A stretch of DNA of 44,718 nucleotides from a virus (IMGVR_UViG_3300011422_000002:1-44718); one strand, 5' to 3'. Counted from the stretch's first letter, positions 9,350 through 18,949 are shown. A program made the numbers and translations. Notes: generated from the letters alone by a model not told the origin.

Positions 9350-11349
9350 GCAGTGACCTTGTCATCACCGATGATAGCAAGAGGTTCTCCTTTACCATCG
9401 CCCCGAGGGTGGAAGAGGGCAAGAACACCGGAAAGCTGTTTTTATCCCAGACCCGGCCTTGGGAACCAGTAGACGGAGCTGACCCGTGGCGGGTAGCTGT
9501 ACACCCCTGGAATGCAGGCCTCGCCCCATCTCGAATCAACGCTAACGTGACCATGGGAGGTGACCTCCGCAACCGGCCTTCGATGAGCTACGCCAAGGGT
9601 AACCTCGATGCCTCATACGAGGGCTTCGCTACCTTTCCACCTGCATACGAGGTCCTTGCTGGCCCTGTCTTGGAGTCCGGGTTCTACAACACCCCCAATC
9701 AGCTATACTACAATGGTTCCATGTACGGAGGTGGAACATTTGTAGGCGCAGCCGCTGGCGTCTCCAACATCTCCGTGGCTGTCCGGAACTTCAACGGTAA
9801 GGCCTACTTCGCCGGTGGACAGTTCCTATTCTCCGTGAATCAGGATCTAGAGATGGAGGTGGTCAAGGACTTCGGGGCTGGCAGCACCATCTATGATATT
9901 GAGCCCTTCAATAACAAGCTGGTCTTAGCCATGGGTGAGTCTGAACCCATCTGGGAGATGGATACTAATGAAGTGTTCACCCAACCAGGGTCAGCCTGTG
10001 CCATAGCCCTCGGGCGTACCAATGAACTCCTCTGGCGTGCCCGCCTCAAGAACCGCATCTCTAACTGCATCGAAGACCCCGGACTTGAGCCCAGTTGGGT
10101 CCCAGTGGCCGGCGCTGAATACACCGCTGGAGACGAAACCTACTCCATCACCGATCTAAAGGAGTGGGCGGGAGCCATAGCTGCCATCCGCCCTGACGGT
10201 GTGTTCCTCGCGGACTCCGAAACCAACTTCCATAACCAGACGCCTGACCTCCAGGTGTACCCCGACTTGGACAATGGCAAAGGCTCATCCACCGGCTGGG
10301 GTTTCTTCTGGGTGCCGAGCATAGTTGGGTTGGTGCGGATGTCTGTTGGGGAAGCCCCAGTAGTTGGCCCCGAACTCGCCCAACGCCCCGGCTATCGTAT
10401 GAGAGTCCGAGCCGTAGTTCCGTGGAAGACTGATCTATACCTGGTCTGTAACGACGAGGAGCATATAGCCGACACCTTCATCTGCAAGATGATGCGTGAC
10501 CCCAGTGGAAACTCCAAGTGGCCCTACATCTACCACGAGTGGCGACGACTAGACACGACCGACCCTGGGTATGTCATCATAGTTTACACCGGCGGAGTTA
10601 ACCCGGCACTCATCTCAGGTCGTGGCAATGATCTCGCCGCAGTGATCCTAGGCCGAGGCGCCGGCCCTGACATAGACGACAACAACTACCCCTACGGCCC
10701 CGTGATGGAGCTGGAACCTGGCCTCATCGTGGCGTCCCAAGACTTGGGCATCTCTATTGATCTCACCGGGGTCAAGGTCGTGGGCAAGCAAGTGGCTGAT
10801 GGGACGATTACTATTCAACACGATATGGATGGGAAGGGGACTTGGGTAGACCTGCGCTCCACTGTAGACGGCCCCGGCATTGTCCCTATCCAATCCAAGG
10901 GTTGGTTCACTGAAACCCGCTACGCTAAGCCAAACACCGAGGGCCGCGCACTATACCTCCGCTCCTTTGCCACCATGCCTGAGGGTCACCTAGGGGAGGA
11001 CCGCACTGAGATCTACGAGATGTGGGCCTTTGGTAATAGCCACCCGGACATGACCGAGACCATCACCCTCGACATCTACTCCGATATCAAGTCCCGAGTC
11101 CGCGGATTGATTCAGGGCCGCAAGCGCGACCGGAATAACTATAGATTATTGAGGGAGTGGTGTCGAGAGAAACGCATCCTCGAGTTCAAAATCCCCGGCT
11201 ACGATGATGACCAGACTATCCGAGGTGTAATCCTGGAGGTAACCAATCAAAACACATCTGTAATCAAGACCGGGGACACTGAAGTCCCCTCTAACGTCAC
11301 CCGTATAGTCGTCCGTAGAGTGGACCACTCAGGAGACCTCAATGGCTGA
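9346..11349 (+). CDS. Tail nozzle/stabilisation-like beta-propeller protein
   Basis: 667 aa with FNGKAYF, FNNKLVL and WKTDLYL blade motifs; podovirus position. Confidence 0.6.
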   Translation: MSSDLVITDDSKRFSFTIAPRVEEGKNTGKLFLSQTRPWEPVDGADPWRVAVHPWNAGLAPSRINANVTMGGDLRNRPSMSYAKGNLDASYEGFATFPPAYEVLAGPVLESGFYNTPNQLYYNGSMYGGGTFVGAAAGVSNISVAVRNFNGKAYFAGGQFLFSVNQDLEMEVVKDFGAGSTIYDIEPFNNKLVLAMGESEPIWEMDTNEVFTQPGSACAIALGRTNELLWRARLKNRISNCIEDPGLEPSWVPVAGAEYTAGDETYSITDLKEWAGAIAAIRPDGVFLADSETNFHNQTPDLQVYPDLDNGKGSSTGWGFFWVPSIVGLVRMSVGEAPVVGPELAQRPGYRMRVRAVVPWKTDLYLVCNDEEHIADTFICKMMRDPSGNSKWPYIYHEWRRLDTTDPGYVIIVYTGGVNPALISGRGNDLAAVILGRGAGPDIDDNNYPYGPVMELEPGLIVASQDLGISIDLTGVKVVGKQVADGTITIQHDMDGKGTWVDLRSTVDGPGIVPIQSKGWFTETRYAKPNTEGRALYLRSFATMPEGHLGEDRTEIYEMWAFGNSHPDMTETITLDIYSDIKSRVRGLIQGRKRDRNNYRLLREWCREKRILEFKIPGYDDDQTIRGVILEVTNQNTSVIKTGDTEVPSNVTRIVVRRVDHSGDLNG

Positions 11350-11542
11350 GCCCGTTGAAGAGCTAGTCAAGAGACTCGATGACCTTGAACGCTTCCTTAA
11401 GCGTCACCTAGGTCCACAAGCCGGGGCCACCACTCTCCAGCGTCCCCACACTGGTATCCCCTACCTCGATTCCGACGGCAAAATCAAGAAGGAGGACCTA
11501 CCTGAAACAGTTAGCGCTACCCCGCCCGGTTATTATTTCTAG
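11342..11542 (+). CDS. Hypothetical protein
   Basis: AGGAG RBS, overlapping coupling; GIPYLDSDGKI motif is seen in fibre proteins. Confidence 0.6.
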   Translation: MAEPVEELVKRLDDLERFLKRHLGPQAGATTLQRPHTGIPYLDSDGKIKKEDLPETVSATPPGYYF

Positions 11543-11551
11543 GAGGTTACA

Positions 11552-12421
11552 ATGGTATTCTTTTCCCGGCACCCAGTAGACACTCCCCATATCACTGGCT
11601 ACTTCGGCCAGGACTACGGCGGCTACCAACACCGCGGCGTAGACTATGGCGAGAACGAAGGCACCCCTATCTATGCCCCAGCTGAGGGCTACGCAAGTTG
11701 GTTTCAGAACGACGGAAGTTTCGGCATTGGAGTCTGCATAGACCACGGCGCTGACCAGGAGTTCCGCTACACCCTATACGCCCACATGTCTGAGACTGAC
11801 GTGGAGATTGGGGACTGGATCTCCAACGGTGAACTCATCGGAAAGGTTGGACAGACCGGGGAAGCCTACGGAGCGCATCTCCACTGGCAGTACTGCAAAT
11901 CCAACCAGTTCCCCCGCGACATAAGTCAATCAACAGACCCACTCCTATATATCTCCGAAGGTGATGACATGACCAAAGAAGAAGTCCTAGCCATGATTAA
12001 CGAGATGAAGTCCAACGGCGACCTCGTCTCCAGCACCGATACCCTTGAGCTCGTCGGCCAGATCATTGGCTCCAAGCCCAACACCTACAGTGATGTCAAC
12101 TCGGTCGATGCCGTCCGAGATGAGATCTTCGCCATCTCTCAAGGTGAGGGCGGGCACATGAGAGCCAGTACCACCAAGTTCAACCTCAAGGATGCCACCG
12201 CTAACACGGCCTTCCAGCCCAAGCTCGAGGCCAAGGACGAGAAGGAGCCGCCATTCACTTCCACCACTAAGAACCCTCCCGAGACTCCGAACCCTGACGT
12301 CTTCCCCCGCGGTGACGAGGCTGCGTTGAAGGATGCAGAAAGGCCCAAGCCAACTCCACAGGCCAAGGCTGATGACAAGGCCGAGGACAAGCCCACTCCG
12401 AAACCGGCGGATAAGAAATGA
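11552..12421 (+). CDS. M23 peptidase endolysin
   Basis: HRGVD (HxxxD), GTPIYAP, TLYAHM and AHLH (HxH) motifs; next to a holin-like gene. Confidence 0.9.
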   Translation: MVFFSRHPVDTPHITGYFGQDYGGYQHRGVDYGENEGTPIYAPAEGYASWFQNDGSFGIGVCIDHGADQEFRYTLYAHMSETDVEIGDWISNGELIGKVGQTGEAYGAHLHWQYCKSNQFPRDISQSTDPLLYISEGDDMTKEEVLAMINEMKSNGDLVSSTDTLELVGQIIGSKPNTYSDVNSVDAVRDEIFAISQGEGGHMRASTTKFNLKDATANTAFQPKLEAKDEKEPPFTSTTKNPPETPNPDVFPRGDEAALKDAERPKPTPQAKADDKAEDKPTPKPADKK

Positions 12422-12606
12422 GCGCGAGTGCCCAAGCAATCTGGTTCTTCGCCGCCCTCATTGGCTGCCTAGCAGCGGCCTTCTGGACTATCCCCTTCGG
12501 CCCAACTCCCGCAGATGGCCGGCGCTGGGTGGGCTTCCATCCAGGGTGGCTGGGGCTAGCCGCCTTCATGTTTGTGTTCTTCTGGATAGCGGTGAAGGCC
12601 TCATAA
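12418..12606 (+). CDS. Holin-like two-TM membrane protein
   Basis: Two hydrophobic segments; ATGA-coupled to the endolysin. Confidence 0.55.
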   Translation: MSASAQAIWFFAALIGCLAAAFWTIPFGPTPADGRRWVGFHPGWLGLAAFMFVFFWIAVKAS

Positions 12607-12728
12607 TTCGCCCGTGGGGTACATCGAAACTTGCCCGTGACGATGTTCACAATGCAAATTCCGGCCCGTTGACCCTCACCCTGGCACCACCCATCACATC
12701 GTCAAGGACGATGTCCACAACGCAAATT
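12605..12728. repeat. Non-coding element copy B at the late/early convergence
   Basis: Boxes at 12620, 12648 and 12716 with the same 28 and 67/68 spacing as copy A. Confidence 0.8.
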
Positions 12729-12949
12729 TACACCACTCGACAAGTCCCCTGACTTGGGCACCCTCGCCTGCATAGCACACAGAGAGGGTGCCCTGTCTTT
12801 GATACATAGCACTCTACCACCCTTTTACAGCACTCACACTCAACTAGTTCCCAACCAGGTGGTAGCATAGTCTCACCAACCTCCGCCGGATTCCATCGCA
12901 GTACAGGCACCAGCCAATAGTATGCGGCGACCCGCGCATTTCTAGGCAC
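12728..12949 (-). CDS. Small Cys-rich (Zn-binding?) protein
   Basis: CECC and CVLC motifs; last gene of the early arm. Confidence 0.5.
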   Translation of the reverse strand: MPRNARVAAYYWLVPVLRWNPAEVGETMLPPGWELVECECCKRVVECYVSKTGHPLCVLCRRGCPSQGTCRVV

Positions 12950-12986
12950 TTGAAGTACTGCTCTATTATCGTACTTTGAAACCTAC

Positions 12987-14648
12987 TCAACTCCATATCA
13001 ACCCTCGCTTTACTTCAAATGGAGTATACAACTCCGGGTGTATTCGGCTCAACCATTCACTCGGTTCCCACTTCCCATCAATTAGATACTCATCATGTAG
13101 TTGCAGCCTCATGTCATGTCCCTCCTCATAGATATCCAGCATCCCCCGCTTCACAATTGTAGCCGCCGTCCCTTGTATTGGATAGTTCACGGCACACTTA
13201 GACACATGAGCGCCGAATGCTCTCAGATTCACATTAGCTCCCTCCACCGGCTCCGGCAGCCGCATCCTTCTCCCAAAGTCATCTTCCACCCACTCCCCAT
13301 TGTGTCTATAGTACTGCCCATCTATCCACCTTTGAGCCCCCGGATACAGTTCCCTCCAGCTCTCCCTCATCCCCTGAATACGCTCTATCCTCACCCCGGT
13401 CTTCCTCGCCAGCATCTTATTACTAGCCCCGTAGACCATGGCGAAGTTAAACGTCTTCCCGGCGTCCCTAGCTACACCCCCCGCTTTCGCTGTAATACTA
13501 TGGAGGTCAGGCTTCTCCTTCATGTACTCTTCCATCATAGTCCGGTCCTTACTCACATGAGCCAATATCCGCAGTTCAATCTGTCCGTGGTCAGCCCAAG
13601 TCCACTCCCCATTGTCCGGCCTGAACACCTCCCGCATCATGGGAGGTATGTTCTGAAGATTCCGATTAACACTATCCCAAGAATTAACACGGCCAGATGC
13701 TAACCTCCCTGTAGCGAGATCAAGCCTAAAGTGAGTGTAAGCTCTATCTTTCCCAATCCACGGGAGTACATAAGTCGACAGCAGCTTCGCCTCACCTCGG
13801 TATTCCAGTATGACCTTAGCCAACGGGTCATCGAGTTCCTCCAGTATCTCCTCAGACACGCTCAGCTGTCGGCGTTTTCCTTTGGTAAATGGAAGTGAGT
13901 TACCGCGACTGGCCAGTACAAACCCGACCTGAATATTACTTCCGGGGTTTTCGATTCCTTCGTATTCGCACTCACGCTTAATTCGAAGTAGATTTCTTTG
14001 GAGTCGCTCCCGATGCTCTTCAAGTACTCCCTGACGGAGTCCGAGGCCCTTGACTTGTATGTCTCTAAGCACATGAACAAGTCGTCGGTCAATTTCGTAG
14101 CAATATCTTTGTCGGTCACTGAGTTCCCTCTCCATCTTCTGATACAGCTGCCATGTTGTCCGGCAGTCATTCAGACACTTCTCCGCCACTCTTTCCGCCG
14201 GCACATCTAACATGTTCCTCGTGCCGAATTCCTCAAACAGGTCCTTGATGCTGAACAAGTCCGTTGCCCCGAGCCACTCCTCACCTATCCTCTGCAACCC
14301 ACCCGGTAATCCACTCACCTTCCCCATTAACTCGGAGTCCTGAAAGTTATTATCATCAGGTTGACTGAACCCCTCGTCCCGGCCGAACTTATCCAGGACT
14401 TCAAGGTCAAAGCTGATCCCGTTGTGATACACCTTGGTTTTGAAGGGGTCAGATATAATCCCCATCAGCTCAGGCACAGCTTCATCGAAGTCCGGGAACA
14501 CAGTCACATACACCCCGTCAGTGTCACTGTAGTACATGCCTATCCCGATGAGCGTGTGGTCATTAGTATTAACCGTCTCGGTGTCCACCGCTATCACTGA
14601 GGCTCTCATCAGGTCCTCGAGATTCCCATTGCCTCGGCTAATCATCAT
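12987..14648 (-). CDS. polA: DNA polymerase family A with 3'-5' exonuclease and no 5'-3' exonuclease
   Basis: Exo I DTET; TGRLAS and NLQNIP; motif A DHGQIELRILAH; motif B KTFNFAMVYG; NYPIQGTAA; motif C HDE. Confidence 0.97.
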   Translation of the reverse strand: MMISRGNGNLEDLMRASVIAVDTETVNTNDHTLIGIGMYYSDTDGVYVTVFPDFDEAVPELMGIISDPFKTKVYHNGISFDLEVLDKFGRDEGFSQPDDNNFQDSELMGKVSGLPGGLQRIGEEWLGATDLFSIKDLFEEFGTRNMLDVPAERVAEKCLNDCRTTWQLYQKMERELSDRQRYCYEIDRRLVHVLRDIQVKGLGLRQGVLEEHRERLQRNLLRIKRECEYEGIENPGSNIQVGFVLASRGNSLPFTKGKRRQLSVSEEILEELDDPLAKVILEYRGEAKLLSTYVLPWIGKDRAYTHFRLDLATGRLASGRVNSWDSVNRNLQNIPPMMREVFRPDNGEWTWADHGQIELRILAHVSKDRTMMEEYMKEKPDLHSITAKAGGVARDAGKTFNFAMVYGASNKMLARKTGVRIERIQGMRESWRELYPGAQRWIDGQYYRHNGEWVEDDFGRRMRLPEPVEGANVNLRAFGAHVSKCAVNYPIQGTAATIVKRGMLDIYEEGHDMRLQLHDEYLIDGKWEPSEWLSRIHPELYTPFEVKRGLIWS

Positions 14649-14802
14649 CTAGATACCCATGCCCAATGCTATGCAGCCACTGCGTATCACTCCAGCCCTC
14701 GTACACCGGCAGGCACCTATGCACTGAGCAGTATGCCACGTCCAATTCTTCCCATAGTGCCTCCGCGAAGATACTCAGATAGCTGGCCATCCAAGCTATC
14801 AC
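14638..14802 (-). CDS. Hypothetical small protein
   Basis: GTGA coupling to the methylase stop; overlaps the polymerase start. Confidence 0.5.
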   Translation of the reverse strand: MIAWMASYLSIFAEALWEELDVAYCSVHRCLPVYEGWSDTQWLHSIGHGYLDDD

Positions 14803-15596
14803 TTCACCCGCCTCATGATAATCACGTCCTCGTCCTCGACCACATCGAGTCCCATGCTCTTGTTCACCGCTGTCGCCATACTCCCCGGCGCCTTCCATTT
14901 ATCCAGTGTGTCTACGCTGCAGCCCAGCTTCACCAATGTAGACACGATGCTCTCTATGTACAAGATGCGCTCACCGTCTCTCATCCGGTCTCGATGGGTA
15001 ATCGTGATAGTTCCACCCACCTTCACGGACTTCACCATCAGGTCATACACCTTGTTCATGGCCTGTTTATAGATGAACGGCTGCAGCTTCCCGATGTTCT
15101 GGTTCGCCTTCGTATACTGCATCCCCTGCGCCCCGATAGTATCCGTCAGCCCCGCGGATTCCGCCTCCTTCGCCAAGTCATTCCCGTAGGGCGGGCTAGT
15201 AATAATATGGTCGCAGGGCACGGGCATAGCCAGCCTATTGTCACTCTGTATCACTGTCATTTGGCCGACACCATCAAGACTAGCAAGCTCAGCAATGCAG
15301 CGTCGTATAATAGCCACATAATAATCCTCAATCTCAATGAGGATGACATTGCGACCAAGAGCAGCAGAGACAAGAGTAGTCCCCACTCCGCCAAAAGGAT
15401 CCAGTATAGTATCTCCACTTTCAGAAACATATTCGCAGATATCCCTGTGAAGATGCGCCTGTTGCTTTGCCGGGTGAGTCATGATAGCATCCGCGAGTTC
15501 CGGACTGAACATCTGCCGCCGCAGCTGCGTATCCCGTGGATACACCAGCCACCCATCCTCATCCCTAGCTCTGCCTTCAGCGAATATCTTTGTCAC
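14799..15596 (-). CDS. Amino-DNA methyltransferase (likely N4-cytosine)
   Basis: HPAK, ILDPFGGVGTT (SAM-binding motif I) followed by catalytic TSPPY. Confidence 0.9.
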   Translation of the reverse strand: MTKIFAEGRARDEDGWLVYPRDTQLRRQMFSPELADAIMTHPAKQQAHLHRDICEYVSESGDTILDPFGGVGTTLVSAALGRNVILIEIEDYYVAIIRRCIAELASLDGVGQMTVIQSDNRLAMPVPCDHIITSPPYGNDLAKEAESAGLTDTIGAQGMQYTKANQNIGKLQPFIYKQAMNKVYDLMVKSVKVGGTITITHRDRMRDGERILYIESIVSTLVKLGCSVDTLDKWKAPGSMATAVNKSMGLDVVEDEDVIIMRRVK

Positions 15597-15670
15597 TTCG
15601 CAGCTCCTGTACCGCTTCCAAGCCCCGATTCCTCAGGGTCACGTACCACTCAATCGTTATCAGCCCGTGT

Positions 15671-15976
15671 CTATCCGGGTGCAGCGCCTCGACCAGCTGT
15701 TCTATCAGCTCTCCTATTTCCCGTTTCCTTTGCTGCCTCATATCCCCCTAGCCTTTCCATGAGTGCGTCCCAAGCCATCCGCCGGAAACAGTTCTTGCAG
15801 AACTCCATCCGCCGACCCGCATCGAGGTCAGTATCCTCACTCAGCATCTCGGCCCCGCAGTACGTCTGCACTCGGTAGCTCTTCTTCGTCCCCACATAGG
15901 GTATGACCTCCACCCCGGCGTGGTACTTCTTTCCCTTCGGGGTGACTCCGTAGTGTTCAGCTCTCTTTTTCGGCAC
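15671..15976 (-). CDS. Hypothetical Zn-finger-like protein
   Basis: H...YCG...CKNC motif; GGAG RBS. Confidence 0.6.
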   Translation of the reverse strand: MPKKRAEHYGVTPKGKKYHAGVEVIPYVGTKKSYRVQTYCGAEMLSEDTDLDAGRRMEFCKNCFRRMAWDALMERLGGYEAAKETGNRRADRTAGRGAAPG

Positions 15977-16175
15977 CGACTAGTCTCCTCCCACAATGCG
16001 GGCACTCACCCATCTGTACCAGCTTGATGAACTCTTTTCGACAGGCATCCGAGTGAAACCTCTGCCTATCATAGGCGGTCTCGAACACTTCCGAACACGT
16101 AGCGAGGTCACAGATCCGAGTTATCAGAGCTTTCCTCTCGTATACCATATCCTTCCCTTTCATGTATCTCTTCAT
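15957..16175 (-). CDS. Small Zn-finger protein
   Basis: CDLATC..F...QRFHSDACR and CPHCG motifs. Confidence 0.65.
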   Translation of the reverse strand: MKRYMKGKDMVYERKALITRICDLATCSEVFETAYDRQRFHSDACRKEFIKLVQMGECPHCGRRLVGAEKES

Positions 16176-16356
16176 ACCACTCCGCCATGGTATTAATCCT
16201 TTCCTTTATATCTAGATCATCGAAGATCCTTGTGTGTTCCTCATTCTCCCCGTGCCTAATCTTCCAGCCATGTCGCCGGTCTATCCGCCAGCCATAGATC
16301 AGCTCCCCGCAGTCACATAGAACGATAGCCTTCTCCTTGGTTTTCCAGTAGTTCAC
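16108..16356 (-). CDS. Hypothetical protein
   Basis: GTGA coupling to the ERCC4 gene; CDCG motif. Confidence 0.55.
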   Translation of the reverse strand: MNYWKTKEKAIVLCDCGELIYGWRIDRRHGWKIRHGENEEHTRIFDDLDIKERINTMAEWYEEIHEREGYGIREESSDNSDL

Positions 16357-17063
16357 ACATCCGTCCTCCCGATTCTCTGTAACAGCGTGTGGGCCATCCC
16401 CGAGCCAATCCCATCTACCATCATTAGCTCCTTTGGACTCGCACTCAACACATTCCAGACCGTGGTGAACTTAGCAATCAGCGCCTCCGCTTTCACCTCC
16501 CCAAGCCCCGGAGCCATGCCCATGAGGGCCAGCACTTGCGGGTTCGGGTGGAAGGTTACCTTCTTGTAATACCTATTAAACGTCTTGTGCTCACTCTCTT
16601 CCTTCTGGTCCTGCTTGTATGCCTGCACGAGGAACTGACAGGTCTGTTCATAGCTCCCGGTCTGGAACACCTCCACATACTCGCTCGCATTGTACAACCA
16701 GGAGTATATCCGAGACAGCCTCGTCCCTGACCGATGCCCCCGAGTCCACATAGTTCCACCCTTATTCGGAACCACTGTGTAGACCCCATCACTGGCCACG
16801 TCTACCATCCCCTCAAGCACAAACACTAGTCTCGCACTCGGTTGATTCTTCAGGTGCCGTCTCAGTTGATCTTCAACGGCATCTACATTGGCAAGTATCT
16901 CACCCCATGTCTTCCTTTCCACCTGTGTCCATCTACCATCAACACCCTGCCATCGGTAGTCGGCCCACAGCCTCTCATTAAGCACCACCATCTCACATGG
17001 GACAGCGGGCCTCACATAGGTGAGAAACTTCTCCCCCGGTTCGTGAACATCAGCCTGAAGCAT
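16353..17063 (-). CDS. ERCC4/XPF-like structure-specific endonuclease with HhH domain
   Basis: DVHE, ADY, VERKT and VLEG motifs; C-terminal PGLGEVKA/DGIG HhH repeats. Confidence 0.88.
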   Translation of the reverse strand: MLQADVHEPGEKFLTYVRPAVPCEMVVLNERLWADYRWQGVDGRWTQVERKTWGEILANVDAVEDQLRRHLKNQPSARLVFVLEGMVDVASDGVYTVVPNKGGTMWTRGHRSGTRLSRIYSWLYNASEYVEVFQTGSYEQTCQFLVQAYKQDQKEESEHKTFNRYYKKVTFHPNPQVLALMGMAPGLGEVKAEALIAKFTTVWNVLSASPKELMMVDGIGSGMAHTLLQRIGRTDV

Positions 17064-17077
17064 GGTTCCCCCTAAAT

Positions 17078-17986
17078 TTATTTAGCATCTGAAACTCCCT
17101 CTTTACCCCGCCGAGGAAACTTCGGCCCATGCCAGCCCATCTCCACCATGTCCATAAGGCTGTCCCAAGTGGGGCTCAAAATCGGAGTGTTCTCCATTGC
17201 AAGATTCGGCCCGCAGGTAGGCATCTTACCCCAGAGCTTCCCGTCCTTCTTCTCAATTCGCAGCACGATGTCGACCTTCTTGTTAGTCTCCCTCATGCCA
17301 TCTGTCTCGAGCGTCCCGTCGGCCACACTCTCTATCTCCCCGGACGCCTTCGGCCTCGAAACGTAGTGATCCCTCAAATGATGTACCGCCACCAGATTCT
17401 TCCCGCTCGCCCGCGCCAGATCATACAGGCTCCTGATCCCCTCATTTGGGTGCCCGTACTCCACCTGCAGTAGCTGTTTCCTAGCCCCACCCCCTCTCGT
17501 ATTCAATTCCTCGAGGTACGCCTCGCACTTGTTCTTATAGACGAGTGTCATGGTGTCCATGGCTACACTCTGCACCAGCTCATCCTGCATCGCGGCCAGA
17601 TAAATGGTCAGCATGTAGGACCACTGTGCCATGAAGCCCTCGACCTTATTCAAGTCAATCTGCATGGGAATCGGCATCTCGTACACAGTGATATCATTCC
17701 CAGTGAATGGCTCCCACTCCACCTTCGCCCTGGCCTGCCCATTCACCCACTCAATCTGAGGCTTCTTATACTTCACCTCCTGAATCTTCAGCCCTTGAAA
17801 GAACTCCGGGTACAGCTTCCCATAGATAGCCCGCTGGTGCCCCAAGTCCGTGGAGAACACGACTAGCGGTAGCGGCGCCGTGTAAGCGAAGCTACTCTTC
17901 CCCGATTTCTCCTCACCTTCCACATTAATTATCACCGCTGACCTCCTCGCCAGTATCTGGACTGTAGACTTTTGGGGACTCTCCAA
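17078..17986 (-). CDS. AAA_24/Sak4-like P-loop ATPase (recombinase)
   Basis: GEEKSGKSSFA Walker A; VAMDT Walker B; VDIVLR. Confidence 0.8.
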   Translation of the reverse strand: MESPQKSTVQILARRSAVIINVEGEEKSGKSSFAYTAPLPLVVFSTDLGHQRAIYGKLYPEFFQGLKIQEVKYKKPQIEWVNGQARAKVEWEPFTGNDITVYEMPIPMQIDLNKVEGFMAQWSYMLTIYLAAMQDELVQSVAMDTMTLVYKNKCEAYLEELNTRGGGARKQLLQVEYGHPNEGIRSLYDLARASGKNLVAVHHLRDHYVSRPKASGEIESVADGTLETDGMRETNKKVDIVLRIEKKDGKLWGKMPTCGPNLAMENTPILSPTWDSLMDMVEMGWHGPKFPRRGKEGVSDAK

Positions 17987-18128
17987 TAGATATCGGAGCC
18001 CAGCTATTGTTGTGCTTGTGCTGTTCCCGCCACTCAGTCACCATCTTGCCCCACTGGTAGTCCTGTTGCACCGGGGACTCCAACAACAGATGGCTCCCAC
18101 AACTGCAGCTCTCATTATATCTGTACAT
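17925..18128 (-). CDS. Hypothetical small protein
   Basis: CSCG...W..QH motif; TAATG coupling. Confidence 0.55.
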   Translation of the reverse strand: MYRYNESCSCGSHLLLESPVQQDYQWGKMVTEWREQHKHNNSWAPISIGESPKVYSPDTGEEVSGDN

Positions 18129-18769
18129 TACTCTCCCATGCTCGCTTTCAACTCACACAGCACCTTGTAGGGGCACTCATCGCACTCCCATTTCTCGTTC
18201 CAGTGGAACGCCTTCGGGGATTTCTTATCTGCCTTCGCCTTCACCCACACATCCCGACGCACCTTCATCCACTCCCAGTGCGTATCAATCTCGAACTGAC
18301 TAAAAGTCAGCCTATACGCATCAAGCTGCGCCTGAATAATATAGACGATGGCAAAATCAGCGTGAGTCTCACCCACCCCTTTCAGATAAGACTTAATCTG
18401 TCTCATCCACCGCTCATTCCAGTCACCCCCCTCTATCCTCTTCGGGTTCGCTCGGGTGGACTTGACCTCAAGCAACCCCTGGTCTATGCTGTCCACATGC
18501 CAGTAGATTCCATCAGTCACCCCGGCTACCGGAGTCTCCTTGCGCTTCACCAACAGTGCCCGTTCCAATCCCAGCCCAATTAGAAAGAACATCTTGGTTT
18601 TATCATTATGCTCGAGAGTGTTAGTCTCTTCTGTGTCGTAGTAACTCTTCGTCAAGCACCCAATCAAGTCCGTCACACTCGGGTGCTGCCCGGTCCTATC
18701 CTCCTGTATCTCCTTCCACATCTCATCGAGCAGCTCCCGTGCCAGCCCATCATTCCTCACTACATTCAA
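18128..18769 (-). CDS. Cas4-like PD-(D/E)xK exonuclease
   Basis: SVTDLIGC, HVD..EVKS and QIKSY motifs; C-terminal CDECPYKVLC Fe-S-type cysteines; TTG start inferred. Confidence 0.82.
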   Translation of the reverse strand: MNVVRNDGLARELLDEMWKEIQEDRTGQHPSVTDLIGCLTKSYYDTEETNTLEHNDKTKMFFLIGLGLERALLVKRKETPVAGVTDGIYWHVDSIDQGLLEVKSTRANPKRIEGGDWNERWMRQIKSYLKGVGETHADFAIVYIIQAQLDAYRLTFSQFEIDTHWEWMKVRRDVWVKAKADKKSPKAFHWNEKWECDECPYKVLCELKASMGE

Positions 18770-18915
18770 GCTGGCACCGCTTCCTTCTTCTTGTGGCACT
18801 CGCAGATACAGACCGCGTTATCCCCGTTCATGAAGAACTTATCCTTCCTCCCCGGACATTTATGCGTAGTCGTATCCCCGTTGTTGCACTGCATTAGGAT
18901 TACTTCAACGTCCAT
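18766..18915 (-). CDS. Cys-rich microprotein
   Basis: C...HKC...CICECH motif. Confidence 0.55.
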   Translation of the reverse strand: MDVEVILMQCNNGDTTTHKCPGRKDKFFMNGDNAVCICECHKKKEAVPA

Positions 18916-18949
18916 AGCTAAACCAGGGCCGTCCGTCCGGCCCCAGTTT

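Noticed and set aside
12605-12728. Canonical CRISPR array
   Set aside because: Only two imperfect repeats per locus and no typical repeat termini; kept as an unexplained element instead
14733-15878. 381-aa + strand ORF
   Set aside because: Antisense shadow of the methyltransferase region; His/Pro/Leu-rich with no motifs
18128-18769. Cas4-like gene as evidence of a CRISPR-Cas system
   Set aside because: No cas1/cas2/effector genes or canonical array seen; solo Cas4-like nucleases are common in phage recombination modules
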